DNA from: Squalus acanthias
Taxonomy: Eukaryota
NCBI GenBank assembly: GCA_030390025.1
Contig: JASTWF010000365.1
Location: forward strand, 62,001-126,000
Length of the DNA stretch: 64,000 nt
Direction of reading: 5' to 3'
In this document: one piece after another, positions 48,963 through 60,834 of the stretch
Numbering within the stretch: position 1 is the stretch's first letter
Layout of the letters: each line of letters begins with the position of its first letter
Made by a program: the position numbers and the translations under genes
Notes under the pieces: model-generated
The model's database searches: none
Seen by the model: only the letters and a program-made list of their open reading frames with translations
Told to the model about the DNA's origin: nothing

Positions 48963-51636
48963 TAAGAATATAAGAACATAAGAACTAGGAGCAAGAGTCA
49001 TCCATTCGGCCCCTCGAGCCTGCTCCGCCATTCAATAAGATCATGGCTGATCTTCTGCCTCATCTCCACTTTCCTGCACTATCCCCATATCCCTTGATTT
49101 CCTTAGGGCTGGATTTTCACTGACCCGTGGAGTCGGGTTTGGAGGCGTGTGGGGGGTTAAAGTTGCAGATTCGGGGGTCCCGACCCCATCCCGCCTCCAT
49201 GCCAGTTTCGCTGGCAGCGGGTACCCGACCTGTGCTGAGACCCGACTCCCTGAGGCGGGAAGGGATTCGTGACAATTAACTGCCTGTTAACAGGTAGTTA
49301 ACAGGCAGTTTTTTGGATAATCCCTATTTTAAAAGGTGAAATGTGGGCTTCCCGACAGGTGGCAACCACGCCAAGTTATCGGGGCGGGCCGTGGGTCTGC
49401 AGGGGTTGGAGGGGTCGATATGTCCGGTGGGCAGGTGAGTGATGGGTGCATGTGTGCAGAGGTAAGTGTGTAAAGTAAGTGTAAAGTGTGGGAAAAGTTT
49501 TACTTACCTTAACTTCCTCCTGCAGGTGTCAGCCCTTCAGGTCTCGGGAGTCAGAAATCTCACCGGCACAGAAAGCAGGAAAGCCGTGGTCCTGTCAAAA
49601 ACTGCAGCCTTCTGTTTTCTGTGCTGGAATGATTTCTAACTCAGCCTGAGAGCAAGGACTCAAGTTAGAAATCATACTGTCAGTGTTTGACAGCTTCACA
49701 GAGCTGTCAAACGCTGATATTTCATCTGTCAAAAGCTCTTGACAGATGAAATGTCAGTCTGTGATGTCACCTGTTGCCGGGTGGCCCTTAATTGGCCTGC
49801 TGAGCCCACTGGGCGGGCTCAACAAGGTCAATCTAGGGAAAATACAGTGGGTTGGCCACATCTCGATGGAAGCGGGTTCACAAGCCAGAATGTGGGATTC
49901 ACGATACCAACCCGACCTGAGTATCAAAATCCAGCCCTTAATATCCAAAAATCTATCGATCTCTGTCTTGAATATACTCAACGACTGAGCCTCCACAGCC
50001 CTCTGGGGTAGAGAATTCCAAAGATTCGCCACCCTCTGAGTGAAAAAATTTCTCCTCATCTCAGTCCTAAATGGATGACCCCTTATCCTGAGACTGTGAC
50101 CCTAGGTTCTTGACTCCCCAGCCAGGGGAAACATCCTCCCTGCATCTACCCTGTCAAGCCCTGTAAGAATTTTGTATGTTTCAATGAGATCACCTCTCAT
50201 TCTTCTAAACTCCAGAGAATATAGGCCTAGTCTACTCAATCTCTCCTCATGGGACAATCCCCCCATCCCAGGAATCAGTCTGGTGAACCTTCGCTGCACT
50301 CCCTCTATGGCAAGTATATCCTTCCTTAGGTAAGGAGACCAAAACTGTACACAATATTCCAGGTGTGGTCTCACCAGGGCCCTATATAATTGCAGTAAGA
50401 TGTCTTTACTCTTATACTCAAATCCTCTTGTAATAAAGGCTAACATACCATTTGCTTTTCCTAATAGCTTGCTGTACCTGCATGTTAACTTTCAGTGATT
50501 CGTGTACAAGGACACCCATGTCCCTCTGAACACCAACATTTCCCAATCTCTCACCATTTAAAAAATACTCTGCTTTTCTATTTTTCCTACCAAAGTGAAT
50601 AACGTCACATTTCTCCACATTATATTCCATTTGCCATGTTCCTGCCCATTTACTTAGCCTGTCTATATCCCCTTGAAGCCTCCTTGCATCCTCCTCACAA
50701 CTTACATTCCCTCCCAGCTTTTTATCATCAGCAAACTTGGATATATTACATTTGGTCCCCTCACCCAAATCATTGATGTCGATTGTGAATAGCTGAGGCC
50801 CAAGCACTGATCCTTGCGGTACCCTACTAGTTACAGCCTGCCAATCCGAAAATGAACCATTTATTCCTGCGCTCTGTATTCTGTCCATTAACCAATCCTC
50901 AATTCATGCTAGTATATTACCCCCAATCCCATGAGCCCTAATTTTGTTTAATACCCTCTTGTGTGGCATCTTATCGAATGCCTTCTGAAAATCCAAATAC
51001 ACCACATCCAGTGGTTCCCCCTTATCTATTCTGCTAGTTACAACCTCAAAAAACTCTAACAGATTCGTCAAACACGATTTCCCTTTCATAAATCTGTGTT
51101 GACTCTGCCCAATCCTATTATTATTTTCTAAGTGCCCTGTTACCACGTCCTTAATAATAGATTCTAGCATTTTCCCTACTACTGATGTCAGGCTAACTAG
51201 TCTGTAGTTCCCTGTTTTCTCTCTCCCTCATTTCTTAAATAGTGGGGTTACATTTGCTACCTTCCAATCCGCGGGAACTGTTCTAGAATCTATGGAATTT
51301 TGGAAAATGACAACCAATGCATCCACTATCTCTATAGCCACCTCTTTCAAAACCCGAGGAAGTAGGCCATCAAGTCCAGGAGATTTATCGGCTTTCAGTC
51401 CCATTAATTTCTCCAGTACTATTTTTTTACTAATATTAATGTATTTAATTTTCTCATTCTCGCTACAGCCTTGGTTCTCCACTATTTCCGGGAAGCTTTT
51501 TTGCGTCTTCTTCCGTGAAGACGGACACAAAGTATTTGTTTAATTTCTCTGCCATTACCTTCTTCCCCATTATAATTTCTCCTGTCTCAGCCTGTAAGGA
51601 ACCCACATTTACTTTCGCTAATCTTTTCCTATTTAA
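48963..51636 (-). mobile_element. 5'-truncated CR1 LINE, frameshifted, interrupted by a MITE
   Basis: RT motifs QHRFMKGKSCLTNL, YLDFQKAFD, VPQGSVLGP and FADD; AAGAACAT tail at ~48963-48985. Confidence 0.95.
49106..49937. mobile_element. Non-autonomous DNA transposon (MITE), probably PIF/Harbinger
   Basis: TIRs GGGCTGGATTTT / AAAATCCAGCCC; TTA target-site duplication (49103-49105, 49938-49940); removing it restores contiguous CR1 sequence. Confidence 0.85.
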
Positions 51637-51654
51637 CAGGCCGGTGGGGGGTGG

Positions 51655-53766
51655 TGAATGGCATCCTCCTAATTCCTATATAAGAGGCCCGAGGGGCTGA
51701 ACAGCCTCCTCCTGTTCCTATATAACAAGACAGAGGGGCTGAATGGCTTCCTCCTGTTCCTCTGTAACAGGCTCGAGGAGCTGAATGGCCTCCTGTTCCT
51801 ATGCAACAGGCCCAAGGGGCTTAATGGGCCTCCTCCTGTTCCTATATAACAGGCCTGAGGGGCAGAATGGCCTCCGCCTGTTCCTAAGTAACAGGCCCGA
51901 GGGTCTGAATGGCCGCCTCCTGTTCCGATGTAACAGGCTCAAGGGGCTGAATGTGCCTCCTTCTGTTCCGATGTAACATGTTCGAGGGCTGAATAGGCTC
52001 CTCCTGTTCCTATGCAACAGACCCTAGGGGCTGAACGGCCTAGAACATAGAAAAATAGGAGCAGGAGTAGGCCATTCAGCCCTTCGAGCCTGCTCCGCCA
52101 TTCAATATGATCATGGCTGATCCTCTATCTCAATACCATATTCCCGCTCTCTCCCCATACCCCTTGATGCCTTTTTTGTCTAGAAATCTATCTATCTCCT
52201 TCTTAAATATAAACTGGCCTCCTCCTGTTCCTATGTAACAGACCCGGGGGGCTGAATGGCCTCCTCCTGTCTCTATGTAACAGTCTCTTGGAGGCTGAAT
52301 TCCCTCCTCTTGTTTCTATGTAACAGTCTCGAGGGGTTGAATGGCCTCCTCCTGTTCCTGTGTAACAGGCTCGAGGGGCTGAATGGCCGCCTCCTGTTCC
52401 TGTGTTACAGACCTGAGGGGCTGAATGGGCCTCCTCCTGTTCCTGTGTAACAGGCTCAGGGGCTGAATGGGCCTCCTCCTGTTCCTGTGTAACAGGCTCG
52501 AGGGGCTGAATGGCCGCCTCCTGTTCCTGTGTAACAGGCTCGAGGGGCTGAATGGCCGCCTCCTGTTCCTGTGTAACAGGCTCGAGGGGCTGAATGGCCT
52601 CCTCCTGTTCCTATGTTACAGACCCGAGGGGCTGAATGGGTCGCCTCCTGTTCCTGTGTAACAGACCCGAGGGGCTGAATGGGCCTCCTCCTGTTCCTGT
52701 GTAACAGGCTCGAGGGGCTGAATGGCCTCCTCCTGTTCCTGTGTAACAGGCTCGAGGGGCTGAATGGGCCTCCTCCTGTTCCTGTGTAACAGACCCGAGG
52801 GGCTGAATGGGCCTCCTCCTGTTCCTGTGTAACAGGCTCGAGGGGCTGAATGGGCCTCCTCCTGTTCCTATGTAACAGGCTCGAGGGGCTGAATGGGCCT
52901 CCTGTTCCTGTGAACAGGCTCGAGGGGCTGCAAGGCCTCCTCCTGTTCCTGTGTAACAGGCTCGAGGGGCTGAATGGGCCTCCTCCTGTTCCTATGTAAC
53001 AGGCTCGAGGGGCTGAATGGGCCTCCTCCTGTTCCTATGTAACAGGCTCGAGGGGCTGAATGGGCGCCTCCTGTTCCTGTGTTACAGACCTGAGGGGCTG
53101 AATGGGCCTCCTCCTGTTCCTGTGTAACAGGCTCAGGGGCTGAATGGGCCTCCTCCTGTTCCTGTGTAACAGGCTCGAGGGGCTGAATGGCCGCCTCCTG
53201 TTCCTGTGTAACAGGCTCGAGGGGCTGAATGGCCGCCTCCTGTTCCTGTGTAACAGGCTCGAGGGGCTGAATGGCCTCCTCCTGTTCCTATGTTACAGAC
53301 CCGAGGGGCTGAATGGGTCGCCTCCTGTTCCTGTGTAACAGACCCGAGGGGCTGAATGGGCCTCCTCCTGTTCCTGTGTAACAGGCTCGAGGGGCTGAAT
53401 GGCCTCCTCCTGTTCCTGTGTAACAGGCTCGAGGGGCTGAATGGGCTCCTCCTGTTCCTGTGTAACAGGCTCAAGGGGCTGAATGGCCTCCTCCTGTTCC
53501 TGTGTAACAAGGCTCGAGGGAGCTGAATGGGCCTCCTCCTGTTCCTGTGTAACAGGCTCGAGGGGTTGAATGGGCCACCTCCTTTTCCTGTGTAACAGGC
53601 TCGAGGGGTTGAATGGGCCTCCTCCTGTTCCTGTGTAACAGGCTCGAGGGGCTGAATGGGCCTCCTCCTGTTCCTGTGTAACAGGCTCGAGGGGCTGAAT
53701 GGGCCTCCTCCTGTTCCTATGTAACAGGCTCGAGGGGCTGAATGGGCGCCTCCTGTTCCTGTGTAA
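51655..53766 (+). repeat. Minisatellite E array containing a short CR1 3' insertion
   Basis: Tandem E units on both sides of 52041-52211. Confidence 0.92.
52041..52211 (-). mobile_element. Short CR1 3'-end insertion (also 57019-57196)
   Basis: TAGAACATAGAAAAATAGGAGCAGGAGTAGGCCATTC.. is the reverse complement of a CR1 3' terminus. Confidence 0.85.
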
Positions 53767-53877
53767 ATTGGTGGAATGAATCCCAGGAAGATTATTAAGT
53801 CAGGAGCGCGGAATTTCTAGCCTTTGGTTTAATGATCTCTTCATTTCTCCTCTGTTTCATTGAATTTGGTGAATCAG

Positions 53878-53940
53878 GAGACAGAACGAGCAGCACAGTG
53901 ACGCCAGGGACCAGTACTCAAAGGCCGACTGATAACGGGG
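53878..53940 (+). CDS. Candidate stalk exon copy 2
   Basis: Identical to 48808-48870; offset 5070 bp. Confidence 0.6.
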
Positions 53941-54032
53941 GTAGGAATCGCATCTCGTTTTATTCCCAAAACAACTACACCAAATGCCCAATGACTGGGA
54001 TCTGTGTCCCCGTAACAGGCCTCCTCCTGTTA

Positions 54033-56697
54033 TAAGAATATAAGAACATAAGAACTAAGAGCAAGAGTCATCCATTCGGCCCCTCGAGCCTGCTCCGCCA
54101 TTCAATAAGATCATGGCTGATCTTCTGCCTCATCTCCACTTTCCTGCACTATCCCCATATCCCTTGATTCCCTTAGGGCTGGATTTTCACTGACCCGTGG
54201 AGTCGGGTTTGGAGGCGTGTGGGGGGTTAAAGTTGCAGATTCGGGGGTCCCGACCCCATCCCGCCTCCATGCCAGTTTCGCTGGCAGCGGGTACCCGACC
54301 TGTGCTGAGACCCGACTCCCTGAGGCGGGAAGGGATTCGTGACAATTAACTGCCTGTTAACAGGTAGTTAACAGGCAGTTTTTTGGATAATCCCTATTTT
54401 AAAAGGTGAAATGTGGGCTTCCCGACAGGTGGCAACCACGCCAAGTTATCGGGGCGGGCCGTGGGTCTGCAGGGGTTGGAGGGGTCGATATGTCCGGTGG
54501 GCAGGTGAGTGATGGGTGCATGTGTGCAGAGGTAAGTGTGTAAGGTAAGTGCTAAGTGTGGGAAAAAGTTTTACTTACCTTAACTTCCTCCTGCAGGTGT
54601 CAGCCCTTCAGGTCTCGGGAGTCAGAAATCTCACCGGCACAGAAAGCAGGAAAGCCGTGGTCCTGTCAAAAACTGCAGCCTTCTGTTTTCTGTGCTGAAT
54701 GATTTCTAACTCAGCCTGAGAGGAAGGACTCAAGTTAGAAATGATACTGTCAGTGCTTCACAGAGCTGTCAAACGCTGATATTTCATCTGTCAAAAGCTC
54801 TTGACAGATGAAATGTCAGTCTGTGACGTCACCTGTTGCCGGGTGGCCCTTAATTGGCCTGCTGAGCCCACTGGGCGGGCTCAACAAGGTCAATCAAGGG
54901 AAAATACAGTGGGTTGGCCACATCTCGATGGAGGCAGGTTCACAAGCCAAAATGTGGGATTCACGATACCAACCCGACCTGAGTATCAAAATCCAGCCCT
55001 TAATATCCAAAAATCTATCGATCTCTGTCTTGAATATACTCAACGACTGAGCCTCCACAGCCCTCTGGGGCAGAGAATTCCAAAGATTCACCACCCTCTG
55101 AGTGAAGAAATTTCTCCTCATCTCAGTCCTAAATGGCCGACCCCTTATCCTAAGACTGTGACCCCTGGTTCTAGACTCCCCAGCCAGGGGAAACATCCTC
55201 CCTGCATCTACCCTGTCAAGCCCTGTAAGAATTTTGTATGTTTCAATGAGATCACCTCTCATTCTTCTAAACTCTAGAGAATATAGGCCTAGTCTACTCA
55301 AACTCTCCTCATAGGACAATCCCCCCATCCCAGGAATCAGTCTGGTGAACCTTCGTTGCACTCCCTCTATGGCAAGTATATCCTTCCTTAGGTAAGGAGA
55401 GCAAAACTGTACACAATATTCCAGGTGTGGTCTCACCAGGGCCCGATATAATTGCAGTAAGATGTCTTTACTCTTATACTCAAATCCTCTTGTAATAAAG
55501 GCTAACATACCATTTGCTTTTCCTTATTGCTTGCTGTACCTGCATGTTAACTTTCAGTGATTCGTGTACAAGGACACCCATGTCCCTCTGAACACCAACA
55601 TTTCCCAATCTCTCACCATTTAAAAAATACTCTGCTTTTCTATTTTTCCTACCAAAGTGAATAACGTCACATTTCTCCACATTATATTCCATTTGCCATG
55701 TTCTTGCCCACTCACTTAGCCTGTCTATATCCCCTTGAACCCTCCTTGCATCCTCCTCACAACTTACATTCCCTCCCAGCTTTTTATCATCAGCAAACTT
55801 GGATATATTATATTTGGTCCCCTCACCCAAATCATTGATGTCGATTGTGAATAGCTGAGGCCCAAGCACTGATCCTTGCGGTACCCTACTAGTTACAGCC
55901 TGCCAATCCGAAAATGAACCATTTATTCCTGCGCTCTGTTTTCTGTCCATTAACCAATCCTCAATTCATGCTAGTATATTACCCCCAATCCCATGAGCCC
56001 TAATTTTGTTTAATACCCTCTTGTGTGGCATCTTATCGAATGCCTTCTGAAAATCTAAATACACCACATCCACTGGTTCCCCCTTATCTATTCTGCTAGT
56101 TACAACCTCAAAAAACTCTAACAGATTCGTCAAACACGATTTCCCTTTCATAAATCTGTGTTGACTCTGCCCAATCCTATTATTATTTTCTAAGTGCCCT
56201 GTTACCACGTCCTTAATAATAGATTCTAGCATTTTCCCTACTACTGATGTCAGGCTAACTAGTCTGTAGTTCCCTGTTTTCTCTCTCCCTCATTTCTTAA
56301 ATAGTGGGGTTACATTTGCTACCTTCCAATCCGCGGGAACTGTTCTAGAATCTATGGAATTTTGGAAAATGACAATCAATGCATCCACTATCTCTATAGC
56401 CACCTCTTTCAAAACCCGAGGAAGTAGGCCATCAAGTCCAGGAGATTTATCGGCTTTCAGTCCCATTAATTTCTCCAGTACTATTTTTTTACTAATATTA
56501 ATGTATTTAATTTTCTCATTCTCGCTAGAGCCTTGGTTCTCCACTATTTCCGGGAAGCTTTTTTGCGTCTTCTTCCGTGAAGACGGACACAAAGTATTTG
56601 TTTAATTTCTCTGCCATTACCTTCTTCCCCATTATAATTTCTCCTGTCTCAGCCTGTAAGGAACCCACATTTACTTTCGCTACTCTTTTCCTATTTA
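54033..56697 (-). mobile_element. 5'-truncated CR1 LINE with MITE, copy 2
   Basis: Paralogue of 48963-51636. Confidence 0.95.
54176..54999. mobile_element. Harbinger-type MITE, copy 2
   Basis: Same TIRs and TTA TSD as 49106-49937. Confidence 0.85.
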
Positions 56698-56714
56698 ACA
56701 GGCCGGGGGGGGGG

Positions 56715-58160
56715 GGTGAATGGCATCCTCCTAATTCCTATATAAGAGGCCCGAGGGGCTGAACAGCCTCCTCCTGTTCCTATATAACAAGACAGAGGGG
56801 CTGAATGGCCTCCTGTTCCTATGCAACAGGCCCAAGGGGCTGAATGGGCCTCCTCCTGTTCCTATGTAACAGGCCTGAGGGGCAGAATGGCCTCCTCCTG
56901 TTCCGATGTAACAGGCTCAAGGGGCTGAATGTGCCTCCTTCTGTTCCGATGTAACATGTTCGAGGGCTGAATAGGCTCCTCCTGTTCCTATGCAACAGAC
57001 CCTAGGGGCTGAACAGCCTAGAACATAGAAACATAGAAAAATAGGAGCAGGAGTAGGCCATTCGGCCCTTCGAGCCTGCTCCGCCATTCAATATGATCAT
57101 GGCTGATCCTCTATCTCAATACCATATTCCCGCGCTCTCCCCATACCCCTTGATGCCTTTTTTGTCTCGAAATCTATCTATCTCCTTCTTAAATATAAAC
57201 TGGCCTCCTCCTGTTCCTATGTAACAGGCCCGGGGGGCTGAATGGCCTCCTCCTGTCTCTATGTAACAGTCTCTTGGAGGCTGAATTCCCTCCTCTTGTT
57301 TCTATGTAACAGTCTCGAGGGGTTGAATGGCCTCCTCCTGTTCCTGTGTAACAGGCTTGAGGGGCTGAGTGGCCTCCTCCGGTTCCTGTGTAACAGGTTC
57401 GAGGGGCTAAGTGGCCTCCTCCGGTTCCTGTGTAACAGGTTCGAGGGGCTGAATGGCCTCCTCCTGTTCCTGTGTAACAGGGCTGAGAGGCTGAATGGCC
57501 TCCTCCTGTTGCTGTGCAACAGGTTCGAGGGGCTGAATGGGCCTCCTGTTGATCCTGTGTAACAGGCTCAAGGGGGCTGAATGGCCTCCTCCTGTTCCTG
57601 TGTAACAGGCCTGAGAGGCTGAATGGCCTCCTCCGGTTCCTGTGCAACAGGTTCGAGGGGCTGAATGGGCCTCCTCCTGTTCCTGTGTAACAGGCCTGAG
57701 AGACTGAATAGCCTCCTCCTGTTCCTGTGTAACAGACCCAAGGGGCAGAATGGCCTCCTCCTGTTCCTGTGTAACAGACCCAAGGGGCTGAATGGCCTCC
57801 TCCTGTTCCTGTGTAACTGGCCCGAGGGGCTGAATGGGCCTCCTCCTGTTCCTGTGTAACAGGCCCGAGAGGCTGAATGGGCCTCCTCCTGTTCCTGTGT
57901 AACAGGCTCGAGGGGGCTGAATGGGCCTCCTCCTGTTGCTATGTAACAGGCACAAGGGGGCTGAATGGGCTCCTCCTGTTCGTGTGTATCAGGCTCGAGG
58001 GGCTGAATGGCCTCCTCCTGTTCCTGTGTAACAGGCTCAAGGGGGCTGAATGGCCTCCTCCTGTTCCTGTGTAACAGGCTCGATGGGGCTGAATGGGCTC
58101 CTCCTGTTCCTGTGTAACAGACCCGAGGGGCTGAATGGGCCGCCTCCTGTTCCTGTGTAA
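56715..58160 (+). repeat. Minisatellite E array containing a short CR1 3' insertion
   Basis: Tandem E units; joins directly to the L2 fragment. Confidence 0.92.
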
Positions 58161-58456
58161 CCTCCTCCAGCCCTAAAGATCTCTGCGCTCCTCCAATTCT
58201 GGCCTCTTGCGCATCCCCCTCTTTCCATCGCTCCACCATTGGCGGCCGTGCCTTCAGCTGCCTGGGCCCCGAGCTCTGGAATTCCCTCCCTAAACCTCTC
58301 CGTCTCTCTCTCCTCCTTGAAGACCCTCCTTAAAACCGACCTCTTTGACCAAGCTTTTGGTCACCTGTCCTAATATCTCGGTCTCAAATTTTTGTCCGAT
58401 TTACGCTCTGTGACGTGTCTTGAGAGGTTGTAAAGACGCGAGATAAATGCAACTTG
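58158..58456 (+). mobile_element. L2 LINE 3' fragment (inverted paralogue)
   Basis: Reverse complement of ~17925-18208. Confidence 0.8.
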
Positions 58457-58500
58457 ATGTTAAACTGATGCGTCTGAATTCCTGTCTTTCCCTCCTCCAG

Positions 58501-58523
58501 ATACAGACTCCGGTGCTGTGTGA
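58501..58523 (+). CDS. Candidate terminal coding exon of the + paralogue: DTDSGAV*
   Basis: Acceptor ttcctgtctttccctcctccag ends at 58500; phase 1 is compatible with the stalk exon donor. Confidence 0.55.
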
Positions 58524-58559
58524 TTTCCCAAGGGATGAGCCTGGACTTCCAGAGCATCG

Positions 58560-59925
58560 GGTGTCTTGGTGACTGAGGCTCCGGCTCCCCCTGGTGGTGA
58601 CTCTGACTGAGGCTCCGGCTCCCCCTGGTGGTGACTCTGACTGAGGCTCCGGCTCCCCCTGGTGGTCTCCATGACTGAGGCTCCTGCTCCCCCTGGTGCT
58701 CACTCTGACTGAGGCTCCTGCTCCCCCTGGTGGTGACTCTGACTGAGGCTCCTGCTCCCCCTGGTGGTGACTCTGACTGAGGCTCCTGCTCCCCCTGGTG
58801 GTCACCATGACTGAGGCTCCTGCTCCCCCTGGTGGTCACCATGACTGAGGCTCCTGCTCCCCCTGGTGGTCACTCTGACTGAGGCTCCTGCTCCCCCTGG
58901 TGGTCTCCATGACTGAGGCTCCTGCTCCCCCTGGTGGTGACTCTGACTGAGGCTCCGGCTCCCCCTGGTGGTCACTCTGACTGAGGCTCCTGCTCCCCCT
59001 GGTGGTCACTCTGACTGAAGCTCCGGCTCCCCCTGGTGGTGACTCTGACTGAGGCTCCTGCTCCCCCTGGTGGTCACTCTGACTGAGGCTCCGGCTCCCC
59101 CTGGTGGTCACCATGACTGAGGCTCCTGCTCCCCCTGGTGGTGACTCTGACTGAAGCTCCGGCTCCCCCTGGTGGTCACTCTGACTGAGGCTCCTCCTTC
59201 CCTGGTGGTGTCCTGGTGACTGAGGCTCCTGCTCCCCCTGGTGGTGACTCTGACTGAAGCTCCGGCTCCCCCTGGTGGTCACTCTGACTGAGGCTCCTCC
59301 TTCCCTGGTGGTGTCCTGGTGACTGAGGCTCCTGCTCCCCCTGGTGGTCACTCGTCTGAGGCTCCTGCTCCCCCTGGTGGTCACTCTGACTGAGGATCCT
59401 GCTCCCCCTGGTGGTCACTCTGACTGAGGCTCCTGCTTCCCCTGGTGGTCACTCTGACTGAGGCTCCTGCTCCCCCTGGTGGTCACTCTGACTGAGGCTC
59501 CTGCTCCCCCTGGTGGTCACTCTGACTGAGGATCCTGCTCCCCCTGGTGGTCACTCTGACTGATGCTCCTGCTCCCCCTGGTCGTCGCTCTGACTGATGC
59601 TCCTGCTCCCCCTGGTGGTCACTCTGACTTATGTTCCTGCTCCCCCTGGTGGTCACTCTGAATGAGGCTCCTGCTCCACCTGGTGCTGACCCTGACTGAG
59701 GCTCCTGCTCCCCCTGGTGGTGTCCTGGTGACTGATGCTCCTGCTCCCCCTGATGGTGTCCTGGTGACTGAGGCTCCTGCTCCCCTGGTGGTGTCCTGGT
59801 GACTGAGGCTCCTGCTCCCCCTGGTGGTGTCCTGGTGACTGAGGCTCCTGCTCCCCCTGGTGGTGTCCTGGTGACTGAGGCTCCTGCTCCCCTGGTGATG
59901 TCCTGGTAACTGAGGCTCCTGCTCG
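58560..59925 (-). repeat. Expanded minisatellite D (CTCF-like motif array), reverse orientation, about 40 units
   Basis: Unit GCTCCCCCTGGTGGTCACTCTGACTGAGGCTCCT. Confidence 0.92.
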
Positions 59926-60277
59926 CCGGGGCTGACACTGGCTGACGCTCCTGCCCCTCCCACCCCCCAGTGTTGACCCTGACTGCCAACTGCGGGGAAG
60001 TTTCTCTCCGTACACCGGTATCTCTCGAGCGGGATGTGACTGCGCTGGGACAATCGCTTTCTCTGCCACTTGCTGTGGATTTAAGATGCCACCTTTCACG
60101 AGTTGGCGAATGAAAGACATTCGGATTGTAACCTCGGCGATCGGGGCCATAAACGTTTGCTTTCAGTGTAGTGATGCGGCTTTAATCTGTTCAAGCTAAT
60201 GCCTCTTGCGGTTTAGTGTCTATTAATCTGCTGTGACCCCATCTGTTTTAAACCAAGATGAACGCTCTCTTTTATTT

Positions 60278-60283
60278 AATAAA
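60278..60283 (+). promoter_or_regulatory. Candidate polyA signal AATAAA of the + paralogue
   Basis: AATAAA downstream of the candidate stop, conserved in all three copies. Confidence 0.45.
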
Positions 60284-60349
60284 AACATTGATTTGCATTA
60301 TTACAGCGCGTTTCATGACTTCAGGATGTCCCAAAGCGCTTGACAGCCA

Positions 60350-60810
60350 AAGATACAGAATACAGAGCGAGAGAGACACAGATACAGAGAGAGAGAGAGA
60401 GATACAGAAAGAGAGACAGATACAGAAAAAGAGAGACACAGATACAGAAAGAGAGAGACACTCAGATTCAGAAAGAGAGACACAGATACAGAAAGAGAGA
60501 CACACAGATACAGAAAGAGAGAGACACAGATACAGAGAGAGAGAGACAGATACAGAAAAAGATGGAGACACAGAAAGAGAGAGAGAGAGAGACAGAGAGA
60601 GAGACACAGATACAGAGAGAGAGACAGATACAGAAAGAGAGAGACAGATACAGAAAGAGAGAGAGAGACACGGATAGCAAAAGAGAGAGAGAGACAGATA
60701 CAGAGAGAGAGAGAGAGACAGATACAGAGAGAGACAGATACAGAAAGAGAGAGAGAGACACAGATACCGAAAGAGAGAGAGAGATACAGAAAGAGAGATA
60801 CACACAGATA
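60350..60810. repeat. GA-rich compound microsatellite (short inverted paralogue of 14330-16987)
   Basis: Same flanks in reverse complement. Confidence 0.95.
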
Positions 60811-60834
60811 GTTTGACATTTGACATTTCGGAAG

